Shown piece by piece: positions 51,763 through 64,000 of a DNA stretch of 64,000 nucleotides. Position 1 is the first letter of the stretch. Each line of letters starts with the position of its first letter. The notes under the pieces are model-generated. The model saw only the letters and a list, made by a program, of their open reading frames with translations, made no database searches and was not told where the DNA came from. Source of the DNA: Felis catus (taxonomy: Eukaryota); contig NC_058368.1 in the NCBI RefSeq assembly GCF_018350175.1, positions 165,108,001 to 165,172,000 on the forward strand, in the 5' to 3' direction. The translations under genes were made by a program, and so were the position numbers.

Positions 51763-53762
51763 CACTTAACACTTGAACAACATGGAGGTTAGGAACACCA
51801 ACTTCTCATGCAGTAGAAAATCCACATAGAAATTTGACTCATCCACAGCTTAACTACTGATAGCCTACTAGTGGTCAGAGCATTACTGATAACAAAACCA
51901 GTTGATTAAAATATATTTTGTATGTTATATATACTATATAGTATATTTTTACAGTAAAGCTAGACAAAGAAAATATTAATAAAATTATAAAGAAAGCACA
52001 TTTACGGTACTATATTCATTGACAGTGTAAGTATTCTATCCTCTCTTGATAAGATGAATTATCTGTCACTAAGTCAATATGTCTCACAGGATAAAAACGC
52101 TAAAGAACTTATCAAGATTATTAACACTATATATAAAAAATGAAAAGGTAATATGAAAAAGAAATGTGTAGGTATAATGAGTCATGCACTGATAATGAAG
52201 AAATTCCACTATGATTATTCTATGGTAGCCTAAGGCAATCAATTAGATTATTTGACAGTAGCCTTGCCTATACACTAAAGAATAAATATAAAATTATAAA
52301 TATACACTAATGAATAAATATAAAATTATAAAATTTTTATGACAGAGCGTTATTGTCATACTCACAATACAGTGTTAGAAACATTGTTAATTAAAAAAAA
52401 AAACACCATTGACACATGAAAGACTGGTATGTAGTTTCTTTATAGAGAGGTGTACTATACGGTAATGTCATTCTTCTCAAAGCAAAGTTAAAAACAGTAA
52501 GAAAACTAACATTAATTGTATATTAACTATCTCACTTAACGCCTAAGATAGGCTACCCACTTCCATACAAGTCTTGCACATGATGTCATACACAATGGAA
52601 ACTGAAGTGGTGATGACCCAAAAAAGTCTCTTCCAGTTCTTGTACAGTAACTCGATTTGACATGAAGACAATCACACAAGTTTATTAACTGTAAAGCATA
52701 ATTATTAAATGGAAGGGGGTCATCCTAAAGGTCTTCAACCACGTTGTCACCTTGAGTAGCTGAAGAGGATGAGGGATGGTTGGCCTGTCAAAGTGATGGT
52801 GGAGGCAGTGGAAACGGGAGGCAGAGCAGCAGGCACACTAGATTACTTGACAGAAATACATTGTAATTTCTGTCTGTTTCATTTTTTATTTCTCTAGAAA
52901 GGTTTCTACATTATACTCATCATTCCACCTCTTGCTTTGTTCTCAGTGCGTTTCCATGTCATCAAAGAAGTCAAAAGCTTGTGAATAATCGGAGCCATTT
53001 GGCTACATCATCTAGTATCTGTTTTGTCATGGCCAATACTCTTTACAAAATTAACAAACCATCCTTTGCTGGCATTAAGTTCTCCATCTTTAGATGCTTC
53101 ACCTTCCTTTTGCTTTACGTTGTCGTGTAATGACTTGGCTTTTTTCTCCAAAACCAGTTAGAGTCTGTATATACCTTTCTTATAGCAATCCTGTACCCAC
53201 ATAAAAGCTACATTTTCAACAGGAGATAAAAAGGTATTTTGCAAATTTTGCAAAAAGAGCAACGTTTTTATGCCTGCTAGGGTAGCTGTAGGGAGAGCCT
53301 AACAAATTTCCTTTTTTTTTTTTTTGACAATGGTCCCTATGCTGGATTCGTTTATCCTGAAATGGTGGGCAACCACAGCTGCAGACCTCAATATATCGTT
53401 CACATCCAGCATTTCAACCTTTTGTTGTAATGTCATGACCTCTTTCTGCTTTGGGGAGCATTTCCAACATCACTAGTTACATTTCACGTGGGTCTCATGG
53501 TGTTATTAAACTTTTATGCATTGTACTAAACTCTGAAAAATATATAAGAACTGTGAGATGTCTCTTTTTACTGTGATACAGTTATTGGAGAGACAAATTG
53601 TACTGTGGAGATGATTAGCATCACCTGGTGTTTTAAATGGATACTAGCAACACATGAGCTCATCACAATAGCAACAGGCAGTGGCTACAAAACTATTACA
53701 GTGGTACAGTTTATATTACAGTTAGTTAATGGGTTTATGATTTAATGCTGCATCTTGACATT
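51763..53762 (-). mobile_element. Tigger2 (Tigger2f-like) TcMar-pogo DNA transposon, internally deleted
   Basis: TA then TIR-like 'cacttaacacttgaacaaca' (consensus CAGTTGACCCTTGAACAAC); antisense transposase N-terminus from ATG at 53498 with 'VMTLQQKVE..LRSAAVVAHHFRINESSI'; second TIR not found. Confidence 0.88.
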
Positions 53763-54131
53763 CATGAGCCTTGAAGAGAAGGGTTTCAGTTTCCTATAGC
53801 CCTGTGTCTCCCCTGGAGTTAAGCTCTGCAGATTTTTAAAGCCAGATGTTATGGGGGGTGTCTTCCTGGGCAGATTCCTAGGGCTAAGTTGCCCACTTCA
53901 AGACATGATCTCGTTGCTCCTCAAGGAATATCTCTATGCCTGTGATATCACTCGCTTCTGTGGGTCATTCCATCAGGGGTTTGGTTACTGACTGCATGCC
54001 TGCCCCTCCTGTCCTGTATGGCTTTTTGTTTATTTCCATAGCAGTGTGAAAGGTGTTCTGCTAGTCTTGAGATCATTTTTGAATGTACTTTGGGCATTGT
54101 ACATATAATGTATAACATATATTTATGCATA

Positions 54132-54169
<38 letters not shown>

Positions 54170-54262
54170 ATAGTATATATTGCAAATAAATGCATTTGCA
54201 GCCTTGGTGTGTTTATGAGAGGAAGTGAGAGCTCAGAATCCTCCTGCTTTACATCTTTCTCT
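53763..54262 (-). mobile_element. LINE-1 5' UTR fragment (L1M2/L1M3-like)
   Basis: 'aagccagatgttatgggg', 'ttgctcctcaagga', 'ttggtgtgtttatgagaggaagtgag...ctcagaatcctcctgct' resemble the antisense L1 5' end. Confidence 0.7.
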
Positions 54263-55660
54263 GCAATTTGGATTTAATGGTTTATATTAATATAAATGTA
54301 AAGTTAAAGGATAAATTTGGATTTTGCCTTTTATGCTTAATATATGGATATTTGTGCAAGAGAAGACATTTTTTAGGAAATACAACTTAAGCAATTCCAT
54401 AAAAGCAAAGATTGTAAATTATGTTATTTAAAATATCTGTTCGGCATATTTCCACCAAAAATTTGAAAAACCTATAAATCTGAAAAAAAACATTTCAGTA
54501 CACAAAAACAGTAAGTATGGTTTAATGCTATTACCATATTAGTGTATTGTGCTACTTAATGCAAATAAGGTTTTAAAACTCAATAGGTAATTTAGAAAAG
54601 CATAGAAAATTGGCAAAAGATAAGAAACATAAGCAATAAACATGTAGGTGTGTGCTCATTCCTTTAGCATAAAAAAATCTTAAAATTAGGGGTGCATTTC
54701 CATCTTTCAAGTTGATAAATATTGGTGACAAATGGTATTGGAGATGTAAGAAAAAAAAGCACTGGAGGGAGATTCGTCATTTTCTGTCAAAATTAAAAAT
54801 TGGATATCTTCTCATTTAGCAAGTCTACTTGGAGGTATTTGTCTTAAAGAAAAAACCATGTACGTGTCCAATGATGGATCCAAAGCCTTCACAGCATCAG
54901 TGCTGCTTTTTTTATTCCTGAGCTATCCCAACATCTTGACCACACCTACCTGCCTACCACTGTGGTTTCTGCCAAAGTTTGACAAAGGTGGGACATATCT
55001 AAATAGAGTTTAAGGTCTTAATTAAATGTAATTACGAAGTTAATCTAAGATTTAATGATACGCATGGTTTTATGATGCCATGTAAGTAAAATTGGTCAAG
55101 TATTCATTTAAATAACTAGAATTAGTATTATGCTTAGAGACGAAATCAAATCCCAGATGAACCCAATAATTATTACTGATTCATGCTATTTGCAAATAAC
55201 TGTGCTAGAGGTATTATATTTTGGGAAAACACTTTGATCAGTTTTATGGGATTTCTGTTGTCCTTTACTGCACACGTTTGTATGTTTATCTCAACCATTT
55301 CAAGAAAAGTAAAATTTACCTACTGCTACAATTGTTTATAAATGTGCTGGAATGAAATTCTTATGTAGGATTTAAGAATGTATAATTAGAAAAATGAATA
55401 TTTTTATCCTAATCAAATTAATTTTTTGTGACCCCACTATATCTCTTTTTCCCTCTATTCACCAAATTTGGTACTTCTTTCTAAGACAAATGTTTTTTTT
55501 TTTTTTTCTTTCCTGTAACTGTCATTTTCAAAAGTAAGCATTCTGAAAAGACTTCAATATAGATAAACTATTCAATTGTTATAAGTGAAAACATCTTGCC
55601 AAATTTCCTTTAATAAAATAAATACTAATTAGTAAAACTATAAATTGAAAATGGGCAGAT

Positions 55661-55687
55661 TTAAAAAAAAGTTAATGTTTATTATTT

Positions 55688-55739
<52 letters not shown>

Positions 55740-55913
55740 TAGCATGAGTGGGGGAGAGACAGAGAAAGACAGACACACAGAATCCCAAGCAGGCTCCAGG
55801 CTCTGAGCTGTCAGCACAGAGTCCGAGATGGGGCTTCAACTCACTAGCTGAGGGGTGAGATCACGACCTGAGCCAAGGTAGGAAGCTTAACTGACTGAGC
55901 CAACCAGGGCCCC
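55661..55913 (-). mobile_element. Can-SINE with long (GA)n
   Basis: 'caggctccaggctctgagctgtcagcacagag...cttaactgactgagcca'. Confidence 0.94.
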
Positions 55914-56444
55914 TGGATAATTAGGTATCTCAAGGTTTTTAATGTAAATGTTTAAATAATATTTCTTCTTTTTCCAAAGGTGCTTGCTAAAGATTGATAG
56001 AGAAAGAACTCATTAATATAAACATTGTGTATAAAGTGCATAATTATTTGGTGGTTATATTAGAAGAAAATACTCTTCTCTGATAGAAGAGTAAGGACTA
56101 TAGTTTGGGTTTACAACCTGGAAAACATGAGAGATACAGGATAAAATGATTTTCACATGATGAATCAATGACAATGTTAAAACAGTATAATTTCAATAAA
56201 TGAAACTAAAACTCATCAGTATAAACATATCACATGCACTTATTGCCTATATTAAGGATTCTTAAAGCAGGCAGTTACAATACAATGGAAATTTGTGATT
56301 GGAGTTAATAAATGTACAATAATTAAATCCTTTGGGATGTGTGAATGATCCAAGGAAAACTCCCTTTAGAAGATTTTCATTGAATGAGGATTGTTTTTGT
56401 TACTTTGTACATGACCATCAGTAGAATGTTTCCAAGATTTTCTT

Positions 56445-56626
56445 TATTTTTTTAAGATTATTTATTTATTTTGAGAAAGAGCATGGGTGGGGAAGGGCCA
56501 AGAGAGGGAGAGACAGAATCCCAAGCAGGTTCTCGAGTAGGGCCTAGAACCCACAAACTGCGAGACCATGACCTGAGTCATGATCAAGAGTCAGAAGCTT
56601 AACCGACTAGGCCACCCAGGTGCCCC
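56445..56626 (-). mobile_element. Can-SINE (older, internally deleted)
   Basis: Ends 'gccacccaggtgcccc'; degenerate TSD tccaagNNNttctt at 56431 and 56627. Confidence 0.92.
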
Positions 56627-56969
56627 TCCAAGGCCTTCTTAAGATCTTGATAAATCTCTGTATGATATGTTTGTACTAAGTAATTACATTTGTATTGATA
56701 CAGAATCTGTAAATTGGGAGCAAAATATTTGGTAGAATGGTACAAAAATTCTTCACACACACAAGCATACTATGCCTCTCCTCCTAGGAGCAATTGTCCT
56801 GCTAGTTCCAGGAGCTGCCACTCATTTTAGAATCACCAACAATGCTTAGCCCTTCACACAATTTTGCTCAAAAGGAACATAGTTTGCCCTTAATTCCAGT
56901 AAAATATAATTATGGTTATAATTATTAATATTGGTCCATGGTTTGAAGTATTATAGATTACATTATTGA

Positions 56970-56970
<1 letters not shown>

Positions 56971-57050
<80 letters not shown>
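56971..57050. repeat. (TTTC)n tetranucleotide microsatellite
   Basis: Directly visible. Confidence 0.99.
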
Positions 57051-58011
57051 TATTTCTATTTTTTTTTCTTAGAATTCTGCCATTTCCTTCCACTCTTGCC
57101 ATGGTATGGTCTCCAAACTTGACCCTAGTGATAAATCTGATTTTTCACTGGATGGTGGGCTCTAATCTGTTACCATGATGATAAAATTTTTCAAGAAAAT
57201 AAAATTACAGCTTTAAACTCTAATAGTTAAAATCTGATCCTAATTAGGTCTTAGGAATAATTTATTAAGTGCTATCATAACAATAAAACTTAGAGTAAGT
57301 CAAAACTTAGTTCCATCATAGCTTAACAAACAGAAAATGTAAAAATAACTTGTCATGAACATTTCGATGTTTTCTGTAAAAAGAGATTTGATTACAGCTG
57401 CACACCTTGTTTACCCCTGCATTTGGAGAAGTGGATGCAGTATTGCTTCTGTTACCATTTTGACCAGTGCTATTAATTGTTAGAAAAGGAAAATATAAAA
57501 GTTATTCTATATTATTGGAGGTAAATGGTTTCTTTAAAACACATTTTCCAAAAACAAATAAATTTCAAATGATACATTGCTTGATCAAGTAATTTAATTC
57601 TAAGAAAGAATAATGAAAAGTTAACTAAAATATTGTTCTTGAATTGTTATAATATTTCCTTTAAATGTTTTGTACAATTCACCATGAAACCATCTGGGTT
57701 TGCTGTTTACTGTTGGGGAAGATAATTAATTATTGATTCAATTGATTCAGGTTAATAGACATAGGTCCATTCAAATTATCCTTTTATCATTTTGTGCATT
57801 TTGGTGTTTTTCATCTTCAAGAAATTGGTCCATTTCATCTAAGTTATCAAATTTTGGAGCATAGACTTGTTCATAGTTTTTCTTTATTTCTCTAACGTCC
57901 ATGACATCAGTAGTGAGGATTTCATTTCATGATTTAGTAATTTGTGTCCTCTCTCTTTTCTTAGCATGGCAAGAAATTATTAATCTCCTTGTTCTTTTCT
58001 TTCTAATAAGA

Positions 58012-58190
58012 TTTTTTAAGTGTTTATTTATTTTAGAGAAAGAAAGCAGGGGAGGGGCAGAGAGAGGAAGCAGACAGAGGATCTGAGGTGGGCTCTGTGC
58101 TGACAACAGAGAGGCTGATGCAGGCTCATGACCTAAGATCATGACCTGAGCTCAAGTTAGATGCTTAACAATTCAGCAATCCAACTCCTC
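58012..58190 (-). mobile_element. Can-SINE (degenerate)
   Basis: 'ggggaggggcagagagag...ggctctgtgctgacaacagagaggctgatgcaggctc...agatcatgacctgagct'. Confidence 0.88.
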
Positions 58191-58597
58191 ATTGTTTTGT
58201 TTCAAATGACCTAGCTTTTGGGTTTGTTGATTTTCTGTTATTCTCCTTTTTTTCAATTTTACTGACTTCTCTAATTTTTAATTTGTTTTCTTCTGCTTGT
58301 TTTAGGTTTATATTGCTCTTCTTTCTCTACTTTCCTGTGGCAGAAATTTAAGTTATTGATGTCAGATATACATTCTTTCTAAAATATATATGTTGAATCC
58401 TGTAATTTTTCCTCAACACTCTATTTGTTGCGTCCTATAAATTTAAGTAAATTGTATTTTCATGTTCATTTTGTTCATTTATTTTCAGATACTTGCAGTT
58501 TATCTCAGATTTTACCTATGTGTTGTCTAGAAGTATGTTGCTAAATATTCACATACTTGAAATTTTTCTAGCTATCTTTCTGTTAGTGATTTCTAGT

Positions 58598-58956
58598 TGT
58601 CTTTTTCCATTTGGGCTGCTATAGCAAAATAAAAGAGGCTTAGTGATTTATAAACACCAAATTAACTTCTCACAATTCTGGAGCCTGGGAAGTCCAAGAT
58701 GATGGTGCCAGCTGTTTTGATATGGAGGACCCACTTCCTGATTCATAGACAGTACCTTCTTGTGTCTTCACATGGTGAGAAGTACTAAGAGTTGGTCACC
58801 TTTAGTCTCTTGTGTAAGAGCACTAATCCCATTCATGAGTGCTCCATCCTCATGACCTAAGCAACTCCCAAAGGCCCACTTCCCATTACTATTACACCAA
58901 GGATTAAAATTTCAACCTATATATTATGGAGGGAAACAAACATTTTGACCATAGTA
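58598..58956 (-). mobile_element. MaLR solo LTR (MLT1A/A0)
   Basis: 'tctcacaattctggagcctgggaagtccaagat', 'cactaatcccattcatgag...ctcatgacctaa'; perfect 5-bp TSD ctagt at 58593-58597 and 58957-58961. Confidence 0.9.
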
Positions 58957-59429
58957 CTAGTTTAATTATCATGTTTAAGAACATTTTTTATTTGATTTCT
59001 ATGCTTTTCTAAAAACATGTTTCATGGCCAAGAGTGGTGTCCATGTTAGAGAGGATTCCATGAGAGCTTGTGAGGAGTGTTCAGATGTTCTTGTAGTACT
59101 ATGTGAATGTCATTTATATAAAGCTTATTGATGATGCCATTTGTGTCAAAAGTATCCTTCCAGATTTTCTGCCTGCTTTATTTATAACGGAAAGAGGGCT
59201 GTGGCATCTCCCACAACAATTAGTGGATCCCTCTAGTTCTCCTTTTAATTCTATCATTGTTTTTGACTCTCAAGATTGTTTTTGATTCTCATCATTTACT
59301 GACACTCTTTATTCCTAATAATTTTCCTTGTTTTGATGTTTTCTTTGTGTAAAATTAATATGGCTATATCAGCTTGCTTTTGATTAGTGTTAGCATGTTA
59401 CATATTTCCCCCTTATTTCCTTTTACCTA

Positions 59430-59641
59430 CTTATTTTTTTAAGTGTTTATTTATTTTGAGATAGAGAAAGAGAGAACAAGTGGGGGAGGGGCAGAGAGAA
59501 AGGGAGGGAGAGAATCCTAAGCAGGTTCCCAGCTGTCATCATGGAGCCTGACGCAGGGCTCAATCTCATCAACCATGAGATCATGATGTGAGCTGAAATC
59601 AAGAGTCGGACACTTAACCAACTGAGAGACCCAGGCACCCC
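59430..59641 (-). mobile_element. Can-SINE
   Basis: SINE body; TSD tccttttaccta at 59418-59429 and 59642-59653. Confidence 0.95.
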
Positions 59642-60704
59642 TCCTTTTACCTAATCCTTTATGTTTAAAGGAGGTTCCCTGTAGACAGCATGTAGTTGTG
59701 TCCTATTTGCAGTACTTCAAAAGAAAGTCTTCAGAACAAGGACACTTCACAGGAATAAACAGGAACAGTGTATGATGAAGTTCAAAACTGAATAGAAATA
59801 GAAGGAGAAATAGAGGAATCAATTATTATTGGAGCTGTCTCTAACCTCTAACCTCTAATCTAATTTGAAGATTCCTTGTTTATAGCTCTTTGCTTGATAG
59901 ACGTCCTCTTCCTCAAAGAGAGCAATTTATTGCTCATTCAGCTATAATTCACTGTCAAACTGAAGCCCCTTTGGTGTTTTTTTCAGTTGTTAGGTAGAGG
60001 AAGCATTCTATAATCTTATCTTTAAATCTTAAGTCTTGTAGTGGGGACCTCATCAGGGCTGAGTCCATCAGAAGTGCTATTGCAACAGCAGAACTTTTTT
60101 TTTATCTCCTTTAGATGGGGTAGGAAGACAAAGCATGCTGGTGTAGAAAGAATGCCCTTCTCCATTTGGGGTAAGGTTCTAGAAAATTCTCCCTTGGAGA
60201 GTGGGACTTTGTTATGAAGGATACTCTAGGAATTGTTCACAAGGATTATGTTTCTTTCCCCTCTGCTAGACTCATGAGAGGATCTTTCTTGGCACTTCAC
60301 CTTGAGAATCTGGTTGATTTTTAGAGTTAAAACCATTGAAAATGTGGTCCTCTCTCCCTAGACTTCGGCTTCTAGAGATTTTTACTCTCAGTCTCATCCA
60401 CACTCAGCCCCCAGCAATTTATAAAAGTTGCCATTTAAGTGTTAATTCTAGTTCATGTCTTCTGTACCTTCTCAGATCCATAAGCTGATGTAAGTTTTGA
60501 TTCTCGGTATTAAGAGTGTTGGTATTTGATTTTTGGTATTAAGCTGTCTCTCCATATTTGGAGATGACTATCCTATGGCCTCAGTTCTCTGATAGTTTCA
60601 GGAAAAATAATACATGGGTGGAGTGTTCAGCTTTTTTCCTTGTAAGAACAAGAATGAGAACTTCTAAGCTCTTTAAATGTTGGGGCCCAAACCAACAATC
60701 AACA

Positions 60705-61010
60705 TTATTCATTTTGTTGCTTAAATTGTTCCAATTTTGTACATTGGGAAAATATTTCATGCTGACTTCCATTTCTTTGAACATGACAACATCAACATCA
60801 TCGTTACTATCCCCATCATCATCATCATCATCATTGAGCATTTTCTTGTTTTCTGGTGGTACAAGATGCTCTAGTCTCATCTTCTGTTTTCACTGTCCTT
60901 GCATAGAAATGGGTTTTTTTTTCCAAGGAGCTCAGTTTCCTTTTATTGGATAATGGATATAGAAACCAAAACATGGTCACTGGGTGTGCTTGTTGCCACT
61001 GTAGTTCTAG
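60705..61010 (-). mobile_element. L1MC4/5-like 3' fragment with (CAT)n expansion
   Basis: 'ttgttgcttaaattgttcca', 'acaagatgctctagtctcatctt', 'ccaaggagc...agaaaccaa...ctgggtgtgct'. Confidence 0.65.
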
Positions 61011-61504
61011 AACTTTTCAACTTTGTGCAATTTTTACCATACCCTCTCTATTTTTCCAGCAATTAATGCTTTTTGAGTATAAGAAAAATAAACACACAAA
61101 GAAGAAAAATGTTACTTAAAATTCTGTATTACCTTACTACCTGTAAAAATCTAACTCAGAATATCTGGTGGTATGAAAGGAATTTTTACTTATCAAATAC
61201 TCTAAGTTGTTCCTGTATCCTCTAAAGTCAAAAAACTATTGTTTGAAAATACTCAATGATCTCAACACTAATAGAGAGGATAACATTATATATTTGTAAT
61301 TTTTCTTTATTACAGGAGTTATTTCTGTAAAGTAGGAATATAACCTTAGAGAATTGAGGAAACAGTCACTATATTTAGTATAGCAGTTTTAGGAGACTAG
61401 TAAAATTAGTAAACTTGAATTCATGCTGTACTACGTTCCTATTTATTACCTGTTACCACCTTGTTGAAGATAGAAGCACTTTTTTTTCCCTACTTCTTCG
61501 GAGT

Positions 61505-61866
61505 GTTGTGGCTATTATCTTGTACCTTTCTAGTAATTACCCTGGTTGAAAGGAGCTACTTATACCAAGGTTATACCCCCCCTTTTTAGAAGTAGCCCAC
61601 AGCCGGTGACTGGTCAGTATAGGGCTATGAAGAGTTAGTGCCCTTCCCACAGTTGGGGATGACTCTGAAGAGCCATGCCAGCTCCATAACCACTTTTAGG
61701 GTAGCCCAGGAAGCTGGTGCAAATATTCTGTAATGCAAAGTATTCCTCTGTCCAGTCAAGCTTTTTTCACACCTGACTGGTAGTATTTTTGAGAAAACTG
61801 CACTCTAGGTCTGCCCCCCAAATTTAGAACATCACATTCTGCTTCTAAAGAACCCAACCATGACCA
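61505..61866 (+). mobile_element. ERVL solo LTR (LTR16-like)
   Basis: 'ccaaggttataccccc', 'gactctgaagagccatgccagctcca', terminal 'tctgcttctaaagaacccaacc'. Confidence 0.65.
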
Positions 61867-62435
61867 TGTTATTTCCTCATAACGTGTTACATGATGAAAC
61901 AAAGGAAGGATAACAAAATTATTAATTTAATTGTGTATTTAGGATTTGGCTGCTGTATTATACTTACTGTTTTCACTTAATACTTCTAGTAACACCTTGA
62001 AGTTAGTTTATGTAATAGCCATCCATCCTAATTATGCCATCATTCGAATAGCATCTATTTTGAACTTTCATTCTAGTCAGGGTGTTGATTAAAGTACTTC
62101 CAAATAAATAAATAAAAGATACTTTCAATATTTAAAAGGCACTTTGAAATAAATAATGCATCTAAGATTAATTTTCTTGACTAGGAAAAAATTAATAACC
62201 TGAGGTTTACAAAAAGAATACAAAAAGGTTAATGACCTAGAGATTTCCATAGCTACTTTTATTCCATTTGTCATAGGGTAGAGAAAAAGGAAAATAATAA
62301 TTCTTTTGTTAACTGGCTTTTCCTTTATATATTCTCATAATGGTAAATGCAGATAATAAGAAAAGAAGAGGTAAGCTAAAATGGTTAAATCACTGAACTG
62401 TTACCTCTATTAATGCTTTTGTGTATTTTTCTGTG

Positions 62436-63343
62436 TTTTAGTTTTTTTTTAATATGAACTTTATTGTCAAATTTGTTTCCATACAACACCCAGTGCTCAT
62501 CCCAACAGGTGCCCTCCTCAATACCCATCACCCATCTTCCCCTCCCTCCAACCTGCCATCAAACCTGAGATGTTCTCAGGTTTTAGGAGTCTTTTATGGT
62601 TTGGCCCCTCTCTCTCTAATTTTTTTTGCCTTCTCCTCCCCCATGGTCTTCTGTTAAGTTTCTCAGGATCCACATAAGAGTGAAAACATATGGTATCTGT
62701 CTTTCTCTGTATGACTTATTTCACTTAGCATAATACTCTCAGGTTCCATCCATGTTGCTACAAAAGGCCATATTTAATTCTTATTGCCACGTAGTATTCC
62801 ATTGTGTATATAAACCACAATTTCTTTATCCATTCATCAGTTGATGGACATTTAGGCTCTTTCCATAATTTGGCTATTGTTGAAAGTGCTATTATAAATA
62901 TTGGGGTAAAATTGTCCCTATGCATCAGCACTCCTGTATCCCTTGGGCAAATTCCTAGCAGTGCTATTTCTGGGTCATAGGGTAGGTCTATTTTTAATTT
63001 TTTGAGGAACCTCCACACTGTTTTCCAGAGCGGCTGCACCAGTTTGCATTCCCACCAACAGTGCAAGAGGGTTCCCGTTTCTCCACATCCTCGCCAGCAT
63101 CTATAGTCTCCTGATTTGTTCATTTTGTCCACTCTGACTGGTGTGAGGTGATATCTGAGTGTGGTTTTGATTTGTATTTTCCTGAGGAGGAGTGACATTG
63201 AGCATCTTTTCATGTGGCTGTTGGACACCTGGATGTCTACTTTAGAGAAGTGTCTATTCATGTTTTCTGCCCATTTCTTCACTGGATTATTTGTTTTTCG
63301 GGTGTGGAGTTTGCTGAGTTCTTTAGATTTTGGATACTAGCCC
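62436..63343 (-). mobile_element. 5'-truncated L1_Fc (felid LINE-1): 3' UTR and ORF2 C-terminus
   Basis: 174-aa open frame at 62758-63282 with the ORF2 cysteine-rich motif '[18 protein letters not shown]'; 3' UTR 'tttattgtcaaatttgtttccatacaacacccagtgctcatccc'. Confidence 0.96.
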
Positions 63344-63360
63344 CAGTGGAGCTACCCATA

Positions 63361-63568
63361 GGAGCTCCTGGGTAGCTCAGTCGGTTGAGCAACTGACTTT
63401 AACTCAGGTCATGATCTCATGGTTCCTGAGTTCCAGCCCTAAGTAGGGCTCTGTCCTGACAGCTCAGAGCCTGGAGCCTGCTGCAAATTCTGTGTCTCCC
63501 TCTCTCTCTGCCCCTCCTCCACTCATTCTCTGCCTCTCTCTCAAAAATAAATAAACATTTAAAAAAAG
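63361..63568 (+). mobile_element. Can-SINE
   Basis: 'cctgggtagctcagtcggttgagc...cagagcctggagcctgc...caaaaataaataaacatttaaaaaaa'. Confidence 0.94.
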
Positions 63569-64000
63569 ACAAATATGATAGATTTGCAGAGAAGTTTTGA
63601 GTGTCAGTTTAACCCTAATGGTCTTGAATGTTTTGGACCCTAATCTGAATGCATGATTTTCAGAAGTAATGCTCACCCAAACAGAGGTGACTATGGAAAA
63701 TGCAATATATTGAGTTCATTATGATTATGGGTTATCAGGTAATTTCATCTGAAGGAAACAAAAACTAAGGATTTGATTCAGTTGCAAAGCTGTATTTATA
63801 ATTGTTAATCATTTAATATAAGCAGGAAAATGAGAACAGACTGCAGAAAATGATAGAAAAATACTTTGAGGTCACTGGATTAGGTTGTTTAACTACATGT
63901 CATACCATTGTACATTTCTTATCCTCTTCAGTGAAGTCTGTGGTGATACAAAAGCAAGTGGGCCAAAATGTAGGATGTTTCATTTGTTGTTTGGAACCAC

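Larger units (their letters stand above)
57645..60700 (-). mobile_element. Fragmented old LINE-1 (L1MC/MD-type): ORF2 5' half and 5' UTR, with SINE and MLT1A insertions
   Basis: 'aattcaccatgaaaccatctggg', 'aagaaattggtccatttcatctaagttatcaaattt', 'gtagacagcatgtagttg'; 5' UTR end resembles 44700-44835. Confidence 0.75.

Noticed and set aside
60558..60953. 131-aa and 99-aa ORFs with poly-Ser/poly-Asp
   Set aside because: Produced by a (CAT)n microsatellite within an old L1 fragment
62758..63282. Longest ORF (174 aa) as a gene
   Set aside because: C-terminus of L1 ORF2 in a 5'-truncated element with no promoter, endonuclease or RT domain

Overview
AT-rich, gene-poor mammalian DNA from a felid. 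The evidence is many tRNA-derived Can-SINEs of the cat SINEC_Fc type plus L1_Fc/carnivore LINE-1 3' ends. No intact protein-coding gene, RNA gene, CRISPR array or prokaryotic system is supportable; the listed ORFs are mostly SINE, L1 or microsatellite read-throughs. The one recognisable gene-derived element is a full-length, disabled processed pseudogene of RPSA (~40279-41270, +). It is nested in an old L1M element that also carries a carnivore L1 with a twin-priming 5' inversion. Other content: over 20 SINEs (about six young, CpG-rich copies, most with clear target-site duplications, TSDs), L1 fragments of several ages, MaLR/ERVL solo LTRs, an internally deleted Tigger2 transposon and microsatellites. 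The main findings concern retrotransposition and repair mechanics, plus one unexplained short acidic reading frame near 6.2 kb. I did not find a new biological system. Repeat subfamily names come from recalled consensus sequences and need RepeatMasker/Dfam confirmation; boundaries of old repeats are approximate.
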